Shown in pieces: positions 1 through 8,886 of a stretch of DNA of 64,000 nucleotides (the first letter of the stretch is position 1; each line of letters begins with the position of its first letter). The translations under genes and the position numbers were made by a program. Below the pieces are notes generated by a model. That model was not told where the DNA came from. It did not search any database and was given only the letters and a program-made list of their open reading frames with translations. The stretch comes from Candidatus Xenobia bacterium (lineage in GTDB: Bacteria; Vulcanimicrobiota; Xenobia; Xenobiales; QWHO01), in the NCBI GenBank assembly GCA_045863235.1, contig BTUM01000037.1:9697-73696 (forward strand), written 5' to 3'.

Positions 1-1380
1 CTGCGCAAACATCTCGAAGGCAGGCGTCTTGGGCGCATTGGCCAGGTGGGGCTCGAGCGCACCGTCGAGCTCGACTTTCCGGCCTACCAGGAGAAGCCCG
101 CCCTGAAGCTGGTGCTGCACATCCCCGGGCGCGACAACACCATGCTCTTGCTCAACGAGTCGGGCAAGGTGTTGGGAGCCCACCGCAAGCACGCCCGACC
201 GGAAATCTCCGAGCTGCCTTCGGCCGACAGTCTGAGCGGGCAACAGGTCGCCCTGCTCGTGGACCGCTCTGAGCCGCTCCAACGGGCCCTCCCCCGGGCC
301 GTGTTCGGGCTTCCCCCTTCCTACGCCCGGCAGCTGGCCCTGGAGGCGGGCCAGGACCCTGCCCGACCGCTCGCCGACCCCCATGCCCTGGCCACGGCCT
401 GGGACGCCTTCTGGGCCGACTTTCGGGCCGGGCGCTTCCAGCCCGCGGTCACGACCGGGGGCGAGTTGAGCTTTCGTGGGCAGGGCCTCCCCTACCCCAG
501 CATGCAGCAAGCCGCCGAAGCCGCCTGGTCGCTTGCGAGCCGGGCCCCGGGCCTGGAGCAGCTGCGCTCGGAGGCCCTGCGCAAGGTGCAGAAGGCCCTG
601 ACCCGGGTGGAGAAGCGCCTCGGCGAGCTGGGTCGCGACCTGGCTCAGACCGAGAGAGCCGAGCAGTATCAGCACTGGGGACAGCTGTTGCTCTCTCGGC
701 TCGACCAGGTGCCGCTTCGAGCCACCAGCGTCAGCCTGGCCGATTTCGACGAGGCCTCCCGGGTGGAGATCGCCCTGGACGCGCGCCTCACGCCCAGCGA
801 GAACGCCCAGAAGCTCTTTCGTCGCTCGCGCAAGCTGAAGCGGGCCGGGCCTCTGATCGCGGCCCAGGTCGAGAAGGCCCGGGCCGAGCACGACTACCTG
901 GTCGAGCTGCGCCTGGCCATCGAGCAGGCCGGCTCGGCCGGCGAGCTGAGCGAGCTCGAGCCCAGGCCGGTGGAGCGTCGGTCCCGTCCCGAGAAGCCCC
1001 GCAGCGGCCCTCGTCGCTACCAGACCGACGGTTTCGAGCTCTGGGTAGGGCGCAACCCGGCGCAAAACGACCGCTTGACCCACAGGCTGGCGGCTCGAGA
1101 CGACCTCTGGTTTCATGCCCGCAACCTGCCCGGGGCCCACGTCATCCTGCGCACCGCCGGGCGCGCGCCCAGTCAGGAGGCTGTGCTGGCCGCTGCCGTG
1201 CTGGCCGCCCGCCACTCGCAGGCCTCCGAATCGAGCAAGGTGGAGGTGGACTTCACCCTGGTCCGCTACGTCAAGAAACCTGCTGGTAGCCCGCCGGGGA
1301 AAGTGATCTACCGGCACGAGACCAGCCTGGTGGTCGACCCCTGCCAGCCGCTGGGCGATCTTCATGAGCTCCAGTCGTAA
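1..1380 (+). CDS. rqcH: NFACT/FbpA family ribosome quality-control protein RqcH (5' truncated by window)
   Basis: Frame open from base 1 (LRKHLEGRRLGRIGQVGLER); NAQKLF coiled coil; C-terminal NFACT-R VGRNPAQNDRLT, DLWFHARNLPGAHV, VKKP..SPPGKVIY. Confidence 0.9.
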   Translation: MRKHLEGRRLGRIGQVGLERTVELDFPAYQEKPALKLVLHIPGRDNTMLLLNESGKVLGAHRKHARPEISELPSADSLSGQQVALLVDRSEPLQRALPRAVFGLPPSYARQLALEAGQDPARPLADPHALATAWDAFWADFRAGRFQPAVTTGGELSFRGQGLPYPSMQQAAEAAWSLASRAPGLEQLRSEALRKVQKALTRVEKRLGELGRDLAQTERAEQYQHWGQLLLSRLDQVPLRATSVSLADFDEASRVEIALDARLTPSENAQKLFRRSRKLKRAGPLIAAQVEKARAEHDYLVELRLAIEQAGSAGELSELEPRPVERRSRPEKPRSGPRRYQTDGFELWVGRNPAQNDRLTHRLAARDDLWFHARNLPGAHVILRTAGRAPSQEAVLAAAVLAARHSQASESSKVEVDFTLVRYVKKPAGSPPGKVIYRHETSLVVDPCQPLGDLHELQS

Positions 1381-1643
1381 CTCACTCAGGTCAGGCGAAG
1401 GGTGCCCTTTCCGGGTGCAGATATTTTCGAAGCGGAGCGGTCAGACTCGTTTCGCACTCTGCCTGACTTCATGCATACCACCTTTGAAGGCTGAACACGA
1501 ACACTATCGAACCTGGTGTGGCCCGGCCGTCTCAGGGGGGTGATTGTCTTCGTTGTGCTTGAGTCAGGGCGCAGGTCGTCACCCGGACGAACCATGGGCC
1601 TGTATCAATTCGAGTCGCCGGGCCTCGTGACCGAGGAGTTCCG

Positions 1644-2654
1644 ATGATCCTTCATGCTAGCTTGCGCGACGCGGGTGAGCTGAAGTCGGCGCTGGGACAG
1701 GGCTTCGAGATCGATGTCGTCCAGTTACAGCGAGGGGATTTCGCCAGCCGACTGCTGCGGCTTGAGCTGCCCGGCGTGGCTCTGACGTGGGGAAGCCTGA
1801 CCCGCACCATCGAGATCGCGGGGGTCGCCCGGCAGCAACTGAACATGCTGGCCACCCGCTCTTGCCCGCGCCCGCTCGTCTTGAACGGCCGGACGCTCGA
1901 GCCTGAGAATCTCGTTGCTGCTTCCCACGGACGCGAGCACCGTTTCGTCGTGCCAGCCGCATTCGAGGGCCTGGTGATGGAGTTCTCGGACCCCATCATC
2001 GGGAAAGCCAGCTTGCCGGCTGATCTGGTTCTTGGTCAGGCCCGTCCCCTGGTGACCTTTGCCGGCACCGCCCTGAGGCAGGCTGCCTTCTATCGCTCGG
2101 AGGCCAGCCGTCGCGGTCTGGCCGCGCGCTCGATCGAGCTTCTGCTCCGCAGCCTGCCTGTGTCCGAGCCCGACCGTTCCCGGTCGGAATGGAGCGGCGC
2201 ACGCCGGCGCGCCGCTCTCCGGGCAGCCGATCTGATCCATCAAAACCCGCGCGAGCCGCTCACCCTCGGTTTGCTCTGCCAGCACGCCCACGTGAGCGAG
2301 CGCACTCTGCGCTCCGGGTTTGCCGACCTGTTTGGAATGGGTCCTAACGAGTACGTGCGGGTCGTTCGCCTGAACCGCGTCCGGCGCCGGTTGCAGGAGG
2401 CGAGCCCCTGTACGACCACGGTGACCGAAGTGGCCATGGAATGGGGTTTCTGGCAAATGGCCCATTTTGCCAGCTATTATCGAGGCTTCTTCGGAGAGCT
2501 CCCGTCGGAGACGTTGCGCGGTCCCGCGTCCACGCTCACTTTTCGGGGATGGTCTTCACCGTCACCCGCAGGACTTTGCCGGCGCCTCGGGTCGAGCTAT
2601 CCGGACGTCTATCCAGAATCGGCAGGATCGGAGCGGGTCAAAGCAGCGCCTTGA
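1644..2654 (+). CDS. AraC/XylS family regulator (EutR-like)
   Basis: C-terminal double HTH: VSERTLRSGF..GMGP..Y..RL, VTEVAMEWGFWQMAHFASYYRGFFGELPSETLR; GAGGAG RBS. Confidence 0.9.
   Translation: MILHASLRDAGELKSALGQGFEIDVVQLQRGDFASRLLRLELPGVALTWGSLTRTIEIAGVARQQLNMLATRSCPRPLVLNGRTLEPENLVAASHGREHRFVVPAAFEGLVMEFSDPIIGKASLPADLVLGQARPLVTFAGTALRQAAFYRSEASRRGLAARSIELLLRSLPVSEPDRSRSEWSGARRRAALRAADLIHQNPREPLTLGLLCQHAHVSERTLRSGFADLFGMGPNEYVRVVRLNRVRRRLQEASPCTTTVTEVAMEWGFWQMAHFASYYRGFFGELPSETLRGPASTLTFRGWSSPSPAGLCRRLGSSYPDVYPESAGSERVKAAP
2603..2626 (-). promoter_or_regulatory. XylS-like operator copy 2 (TGCC-N6-GGATA)
   Basis: 22/24 identical to 4227-4250. Confidence 0.55.
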
Positions 2655-3819
2655 TGATCTCCAGGAACATCTCTTTGAGTGGAATCCTGGTCCCTATCAC
2701 GACGAGCATGGGGAGAGCCGCGGCCACGGCCAGCGGCAGAATGGACAGCCTGCTCAGGGGAACGATTCGGATGCGTTCGACCGCCTCAAACAAGGAGACG
2801 ACGTCGGCCACCGGACCAAGCTCTTGGGCTTGCAGTAGCCTTTCCTCTTGAGGGGAAATCTCTTCGGCGTGGAGCCACCGCCGTTGCACCAAACGGCCGT
2901 GTCGGGCGGCCAGGGCGCCATAGTGGAGCAGGCCATGTCGCTTGAGGAGCACCAGGGGTGGCACAAAGGCGACCATCGGGATCAGTGCGCCCAGCACCAG
3001 CAATCCGACCAGCAGGCCCATGGTGAAGTACAGTGAATCCAGGGCCAGGCCGTGGTAAAGGATCTCGTGCGTCCAGCGAGCTGCAATCACAGCCGAAAGC
3101 CCGAACAGCACCGGAGCCAGGGTTACGGTGGCCATCTCCAGAAATCCAAGCCCCCCGGACCGGTCCGGATGCGTGGGAACCAGCTTGAGCGGAAGTCTCG
3201 ACAGACGAAGAAAGAGCACGCAAGACAACACCCAGCGGAAGGCCCAGACTGCGGCAAACGAGACGAACAGGAATCGGGTCACGATCAGATAGTACCAGCC
3301 CGAGAAGCTCAGAAAAGGTCCGCCGTCACGGGTCCAGGATATCTCGTCCAGCTCCTGGGGCTGAAACCCCACCAACAGTAAGCAGATCAGGCTCGCAGCC
3401 AGCACACAACACAAAGAGAGCTTGGAGTTGCGCCAGGCCAGCGTGCGCCGCAGGACCTCCTCGTAGGCCTCTTGCTGCGGCTCGGCGATGATCCCGGTGG
3501 CTTTGAACTCAGGCAACAGGAGGCGGGTCCGCTGGTCCATGAGCATTTCCGCCAGGAGAAAGCACGGGATCGCCACGAGACAGCGGACGTGGACCCCAAA
3601 GTGTGCCAGAAGCGGCTCGTGCAGGCTTCCCTCCTGCATGAAGAGCCGACCGGACAACGCCGCCGCGATCACGACGGGCAGCCAGCCCACCAGCAGGTAG
3701 AACAGCGCGCGACGTCTGATTCCCAGGCGACCGTCGCCAGGTATCAGTCCGAGCCGTTGCTGATAGCGGTAGAAGGGTCCCCGCACGAAGGAAAATTCTG
3801 GTTCGGTGCTATTCTTCAT
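2638..3819 (-). CDS. Polytopic membrane protein of unknown function
   Basis: About 7 hydrophobic segments; LVPTHPDRSGGLGFL motif. Confidence 0.8.
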   Translation of the reverse strand: MKNSTEPEFSFVRGPFYRYQQRLGLIPGDGRLGIRRRALFYLLVGWLPVVIAAALSGRLFMQEGSLHEPLLAHFGVHVRCLVAIPCFLLAEMLMDQRTRLLLPEFKATGIIAEPQQEAYEEVLRRTLAWRNSKLSLCCVLAASLICLLLVGFQPQELDEISWTRDGGPFLSFSGWYYLIVTRFLFVSFAAVWAFRWVLSCVLFLRLSRLPLKLVPTHPDRSGGLGFLEMATVTLAPVLFGLSAVIAARWTHEILYHGLALDSLYFTMGLLVGLLVLGALIPMVAFVPPLVLLKRHGLLHYGALAARHGRLVQRRWLHAEEISPQEERLLQAQELGPVADVVSLFEAVERIRIVPLSRLSILPLAVAAALPMLVVIGTRIPLKEMFLEIIKALL

Positions 3820-3828
3820 AGGTCAACT

Positions 3829-4173
3829 TCAGGGCACGAACGCTGCCGGGGCAGGCTGAGGAGGCGGTGCAGGCAGTTCCATCTCGATCGGCACCGAGAG
3901 GGTCAGTGTCACCAGCCAGACCAGAATATTGTTAGCCGCGAAGACGCTGGCGTTCAAGCTGAGATTGGCGGGGATGCGTCCATTGAGCAGCGTTCGGCTC
4001 AGGTCGACGGAGCCGTCGTAATGGACCAGGTTCTCGGCGAAGTACACACCTGGAAAGGGCGGCAGATTGGTCAAGGCCTTGAGGGGCAGAGCCCCGGGCT
4101 GGTAGTGCCCCTGACCCAGGGCCGGCAAAGTCAACGCCCACAGGATCGCGAGTAGTCCCATCCAGCGTTTCAT
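3829..4173 (-). pseudogene. SphA/MetA-pathway outer-membrane barrel remnant with in-frame internal deletion (114 aa)
   Basis: AGGAG RBS, signal peptide, GHYQPG...PPFPGVYF N-terminal motif joined directly to a terminal beta-strand LTLSVP; far shorter than the ~300-aa family. Confidence 0.6.
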
Positions 4174-4226
4174 GAACACAGAGCTCCTGACTAAAAACTC
4201 ACGACAAGGTAGGTCTGCCATCAAGA

Positions 4227-4250
4227 GGATGTCTATCCAGAATCGGCAAG
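4227..4250 (-). promoter_or_regulatory. XylS-like operator copy 1
   Basis: TTGCCGATTCTGGATAG about 55 bp upstream of ATG 4173; resembles XylS/BenR TGCA-N6-GGNTA. Confidence 0.6.
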
Positions 4251-4507
4251 TTCGGGGTGGGAGTGTGGAGTGTGTTCCTATTGGCAATAATATCGCAAGC
4301 AGCGAAGAGTGGCGTGGGAAGCGGTTCTTGACTTGGCAAGCAGGTTTGCCATGCCGGTGGCCCAGCACTGGTTTCGAAAGGACCAGGCTTTCACTGCGGA
4401 GCACTGCGACTGGTGACCGTCTAACTCGGGTCCTCAACGCTCGTTCGTCTCGCTTCCCTGCTGGGCTGCTCATTCTCAAGGCTTCGGGAAAAAAGTACCC
4501 CCGAGCG

Positions 4508-4533
4508 GGAACTAACCTGCCTTCCTCCCGGTT
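4508..4533 (+). promoter_or_regulatory. ECF sigma promoter (SigR/SigH-like)
   Basis: GGAAC-N18-GTT upstream of the anti-sigma gene. Confidence 0.55.
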
Positions 4534-4580
4534 GTGACCCCCAAGAGCAAGAAATAAAGAAGAGGTTGGCGAGGGGACGT

Positions 4581-5411
4581 ATGAGCGAGCAGATAGACTG
4601 CAAAAGCTATCGCCCGCTGCTGGAGGACTTCGTGGACGGCGAGGTCGAGCCGGGGCAGTTGGGCAACCTGCAAGAGCACCTGAGGGATTGCCCCGAGTGC
4701 TTCGCCCGGGTGGAGTTCATGCGCCGGCTGCAAGGCGTGGTGCGTCAGGCGGTGCCCCCCGAGACCACGCCCGAGCTCTTACGTCGGCGCATCGAGAAGA
4801 GCTTCAAGGTCAATCCCTGGCAACGCCGCATGAGCCAGCCCTGGGTGCGGCCCGCCCTGGCAGCGGCCTGCCTGCTGATCCTGCTGGCAGGGCTCTTCGC
4901 CCTCTTCCCTCGCGAATCCAGGCCCAGCCCCTGGGCTGTGGCCATGGTGAACGACCACACCATGTGCTGGATGATGGGCTGCGGTCAAGCCGACCCGAGC
5001 GGCTTTGAGAAGAAGATCGCGGGATTCCTGGGTACCAAACCGGATGTTCCCACGCTGCAGCAGTCCCAGCGCCTGGACGTAAAACCCTGCCCGGTCAAGG
5101 GCTCGGTGGCCAGTGCCCACGTCTTTTATCTCAGACGGGGCAAGGTGCAGCTCTCGATGTACTTCGCCAAACAGGACGAGTGGACCGGCCAGTTGCCCGA
5201 CTCGCCCCAGCAAGCTCGCCTCGACGCCGTCGAGTTCGACGGTAAGACCTATCAGGTGGCCAGCTGGCGGCGTAAGGGGATGGTGACAGGCCTGGTGGCG
5301 GATATCTCGCGAGAGGACATGAAAGCACTGTCGGGAGCGACGAAGTACGACGCCAAAGGCCAGGCTGTGATTCCGGGAGCCGTGCTGGTGGCTTCGGTCA
5401 GCTCGCCTTAG
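4581..5411 (+). CDS. Zinc-binding (ZAS, zf-HC2) transmembrane anti-sigma factor
   Basis: C...FVDGE...HLRDCPEC, one TM helix, extracytoplasmic domain. Confidence 0.85.
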   Translation: MSEQIDCKSYRPLLEDFVDGEVEPGQLGNLQEHLRDCPECFARVEFMRRLQGVVRQAVPPETTPELLRRRIEKSFKVNPWQRRMSQPWVRPALAAACLLILLAGLFALFPRESRPSPWAVAMVNDHTMCWMMGCGQADPSGFEKKIAGFLGTKPDVPTLQQSQRLDVKPCPVKGSVASAHVFYLRRGKVQLSMYFAKQDEWTGQLPDSPQQARLDAVEFDGKTYQVASWRRKGMVTGLVADISREDMKALSGATKYDAKGQAVIPGAVLVASVSSP

Positions 5412-8400
5412 TCTGCTGCTCGCGGGCCTCGATCAGCATCTGCCTGAAAATCTCGCTGCTGGCCTCATACTGCACGGCCTGGAGCAGGCCTTGATACATG
5501 TCGAAGGCCCGGTGCTGATACTGGATCCAGGGGTCTTTCTGGGCGTAGGCTTCCATCCCGATGCCGTGACGGAGGGCTTCCATGTTCTCCAGGTGGTTCA
5601 TCCAGCCCTCATCAGCCACGTCCAGCAAGACTTTGCGCTGGTAGAAGGCCAGGTCTTCCGCCGGCATCCTGGCGGCGGCCGCCTGATAGTGAGCCTCGAC
5701 CTGGGGTCGCAACAGCTCCTCGAGCTCTTCTTCAGTCACTTTCTTCTTCTTGCCCAGGTCCACGTCGAAAGGCACGCCAAACTTCTGGCTCAGCTCGGTC
5801 AGCGCTTGCTTGACCGCGTCGGCCTTCATGCTCCCCGGCACCTCGACCACCTCGTCCTCCTGCGAGCCCTTCGCGACCCACTCGCGCTCGGCGTGGCTGT
5901 AGAAGGCCTGGTGGGCCAGCGAGCGCGGCAACCAGTCCAGCACCAGGTCTCCCACGTTGGCTTCACGATTGACGAGCTTGTCGCGGCTCGCGCTAAAGGC
6001 CTCGCGCTGCTTGTTGAGGACTTCTCCATACTTGGTGGTGTCCTTGCGAACCTCGTACCACTTGCCTTCCACCGCCCGCTGCGCTTCGCGCACCATCTCG
6101 TCAAGTCGCTCGTCGCTGACGCCCTTGCCCGGGGGAATGCCCATGGCATCGAAGAACTCGGCCAGCTTCGGTCCTCCGAAGTACTGCAGCAGCTCGTCCT
6201 CGAGCGAGAGCAAGGCCCGACCATAACCTGGCTGGCCCTGGCGAGCGGGGCGCCCTATGAGCTGCAGGTCGATGCGCTCGGACTCGTGGCGCTCGGTCAT
6301 GATCAGGTGCAGGCCGCCGGTCTCGAATTCCTCGGTGCGCCCGTCGAAGTGGGCGGACCCTTCGGGGGGTGGGTCGGTCGGCTTGATCCGAATCACGATC
6401 CCGGTCGCGCCGTCCTGGATCGCCTCCCCTTCAGCCAGGATCTGGGTGGGCAGGCTGTCACTGGCCAGCCAGTCTCGGACCTGCTCGGCATCCCGGGGCT
6501 TCTCCACGTCCACCACCACGAACTCGCCCCGCTTGCAGGCAACTTCCGCCTTCATGGCCAGCAGCTTGTAGTTCACCAGGTCGGGCTTGATGTCCACGCC
6601 CCGGCCAGCCATGTTGGTCGCCAGGGTCACCATGCCCGAGCGCCCGGCGTCAGCCAGGATGCGCGCTTCCTCATCGGTGTTGTCCTGCACTCGCTCGGCG
6701 TTGAGCACCTGGTGGTAGATGCCGCGCTTGGCCAGGAGGTGGGACAGGTACTTGTTGGCTGGAATCGAACGTGTGCCCACCAGCACCGGCTTGCCTTCCT
6801 TGTAAAGCTCCTCGATCAGGTCGGCCACGAACTCGAACTTCTCCTGCATGGTGCGGAAGATGACGTCGTGGTCGGTCTTGAGGTCCTTGGGCTTGTTGGT
6901 AGGAATGGCCACCACGTCCAGCTTGTAGGCCTCGTGGAACTCGGAGGCGGCCGACATGGCGGTGCCGCTCATGCCGGCCAAGTGAGGGTAGCGCCGGAAC
7001 AGATCGGGGTAAGTGATGGAGGCCTGGGTGCGCTGGTAGGGCTGGATGGTGACGCCTTCCTTGGCCTCCAGAGCCTGATGGAGGCCATTGGTGAAGCGCC
7101 GCCCATCCATGGTGCGACCCTTGAAGACGTCCACGATCTGGACCTGGTCGTTGGCGGCCAGGTAGTCCTGGTCCTTTTCGTAGAGGGCGTTGGCCATCAG
7201 GGCGTTCTGCAGAAAGAAGACCCGGCGCACGTTGTCCAGGCTGTAGAGACTGTAGCTTGGAGCCGCTCCCCGCAGAGAGTCGATCTCGGCCTGAGCCTGC
7301 TGCTTCTCCTCCTCGGTGGTGGCCGTGCGCAGTAGGTTCTGGGCCTGGACGAGCTTCTGAGCCGCCTGAGAGGCCTTGTGGGCCTGATCGAAGGCGCGGC
7401 TGGCAGCCTGCACCTCCTCCATCGGCGTCCCCGGGGGCAACGACCTGAGCTTGAGAGCGGCCTGACCCTTCTTCTCGTCCGCATCCACGGCAGCCAGCAT
7501 GCACTCCACCCGGTCCAGGCCCTCATCGGTGACGTAGGCGTAATGGTCCTTCTGGTTGGTCTTGAAGTCGCGGCCCGGCTCGAGCGACTTGACAAGGATG
7601 TCGAAGATGCGGTGCTCGTCCCCCGCCGCCTCCGACAGCGAGGAGAGGATCAGCGGGGTGCGGGCCTCGTCGATGAGGATCTCGTCCACCTCGTCCACCA
7701 GGGCGAAGTGGGGGGCGCGCTGCACCCTCAGTTCCGGCTCGCGAGCCGATTGGTCACGCAGAAAGTCGAAGCCCAGCGAGTGGTTGGTGATGTAAGTCAC
7801 GTCGCAGGCGTAGGCCTTCTTTTTGTCCGGGTTCTCTACCCCTTCGTGCACGCAACCCACCGTCAGGCCCAGGAACTCGAAGGCCGGCTTCATCTGCTCG
7901 AAGTCGCGCTTGACCAGGTAGTCATTGACGGTCACCAGGTGGGCGCCCTTTCCGGTGAGGCCATAAAGGTAGAGTGGCATGATGGCGGTGAGGGTCTTGC
8001 CTTCCCCGGTCTTCATCTCGGAGATGCGGCCCTCGGTCATGGCCAGTCCGCCCTGCACCTGCACGTCGTAGGGGCGCATCTTCAACACGACCTGGGCCGC
8101 TTTGCGGGCCACCGCAAAAGCCTCGACCTTCATCGAGTCGAGGCTCTCGCCATCGGCCAATCGTCTGCGGAACTCCACCGTCTTGCCTTGCACGATTTGA
8201 CGGGCGGCCTCCAGGTCGACATCGCCGGTCTGGCCAGCCGCCCGGAGCTCGCTTGCGCGAGCTGCGATCGCAGCGTCGAGCCCAGGCTCGAGATCGTTGA
8301 CCTTCTTCTGCTCGGCCTGAACCTGCTTGAGCGGGTCGGTTCCGACCACGCTGAGCAAGCCCAGACCAATGCGCTTGGAGGCTCGAATGGCTCCGGAGAG

Positions 8401-8784
8401 AATCTGGAGGAGCTTGGGACCCTTGGGCAGCTCGACCACGCGCGAGGCCGATGGAGCCTTTTCGGGGACGAGCTCCGTTGGAGGCTGCCTCGGGGTCGCG
8501 GGAGGAGGGGCGGCCGGGCCATCTTCCTCAACAGGCGCCACTGGCTCGTCGAGTTGAGCGAGGGCCGTCGGGACGGACGTCGTCGCCGGGACCGGGGCCA
8601 CTTCGGCCAGGTCGGCTGGAAGCTGTTTCTTGTCAGCCTTGCGTTCGTTCCGGGGTCTGGCGGTCTGGGTGAACTGATCGCTGGGAGCGACCGCCTCGGG
8701 CTCTCCCGTGCCCTGCTGCTGACCGGAAGCAGGCTGAGGCAGGCCCGAAACCATCGGGTCGAGCGCGCGCAGCCTCATATCCAT
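5398..8784 (-). CDS. secA: Divergent SecA paralogue with long disordered N-terminus
   Basis: MKTGEGKT, VTVNDYL, DEVDEILIDEARTPL, GLHQALEAKE, TNMAGRGVDI, YAQKDP; no SEC-C tail; start could be 8796, 8784 or 8778. Confidence 0.9.
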   Translation of the reverse strand: MDMRLRALDPMVSGLPQPASGQQQGTGEPEAVAPSDQFTQTARPRNERKADKKQLPADLAEVAPVPATTSVPTALAQLDEPVAPVEEDGPAAPPPATPRQPPTELVPEKAPSASRVVELPKGPKLLQILSGAIRASKRIGLGLLSVVGTDPLKQVQAEQKKVNDLEPGLDAAIAARASELRAAGQTGDVDLEAARQIVQGKTVEFRRRLADGESLDSMKVEAFAVARKAAQVVLKMRPYDVQVQGGLAMTEGRISEMKTGEGKTLTAIMPLYLYGLTGKGAHLVTVNDYLVKRDFEQMKPAFEFLGLTVGCVHEGVENPDKKKAYACDVTYITNHSLGFDFLRDQSAREPELRVQRAPHFALVDEVDEILIDEARTPLILSSLSEAAGDEHRIFDILVKSLEPGRDFKTNQKDHYAYVTDEGLDRVECMLAAVDADEKKGQAALKLRSLPPGTPMEEVQAASRAFDQAHKASQAAQKLVQAQNLLRTATTEEEKQQAQAEIDSLRGAAPSYSLYSLDNVRRVFFLQNALMANALYEKDQDYLAANDQVQIVDVFKGRTMDGRRFTNGLHQALEAKEGVTIQPYQRTQASITYPDLFRRYPHLAGMSGTAMSAASEFHEAYKLDVVAIPTNKPKDLKTDHDVIFRTMQEKFEFVADLIEELYKEGKPVLVGTRSIPANKYLSHLLAKRGIYHQVLNAERVQDNTDEEARILADAGRSGMVTLATNMAGRGVDIKPDLVNYKLLAMKAEVACKRGEFVVVDVEKPRDAEQVRDWLASDSLPTQILAEGEAIQDGATGIVIRIKPTDPPPEGSAHFDGRTEEFETGGLHLIMTERHESERIDLQLIGRPARQGQPGYGRALLSLEDELLQYFGGPKLAEFFDAMGIPPGKGVSDERLDEMVREAQRAVEGKWYEVRKDTTKYGEVLNKQREAFSASRDKLVNREANVGDLVLDWLPRSLAHQAFYSHAEREWVAKGSQEDEVVEVPGSMKADAVKQALTELSQKFGVPFDVDLGKKKKVTEEELEELLRPQVEAHYQAAAARMPAEDLAFYQRKVLLDVADEGWMNHLENMEALRHGIGMEAYAQKDPWIQYQHRAFDMYQGLLQAVQYEASSEIFRQMLIEAREQQTKAS

Positions 8785-8816
8785 CGCGAAAGGCAAGACT
8801 TTCCCAAGATGCTGCT

Positions 8817-8861
8817 ATCCTAGCATGACAATCCACTCGGATTTGTAAACAGGATGTTAAC
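8817..8861 (-). promoter_or_regulatory. TAACA direct-repeat box plus extended -10
   Basis: GTTAACA-N4-GTTTACA-N21-TAGGAT, -10 preceded by TGC. Confidence 0.6.
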
Positions 8862-8886
8862 GGCCAGACAAGGAAGGGCACGGCCC

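Noticed and set aside
1386..1595. 69-aa ORF in the rqcH-araC gap
   Set aside because: No motif and atypical composition
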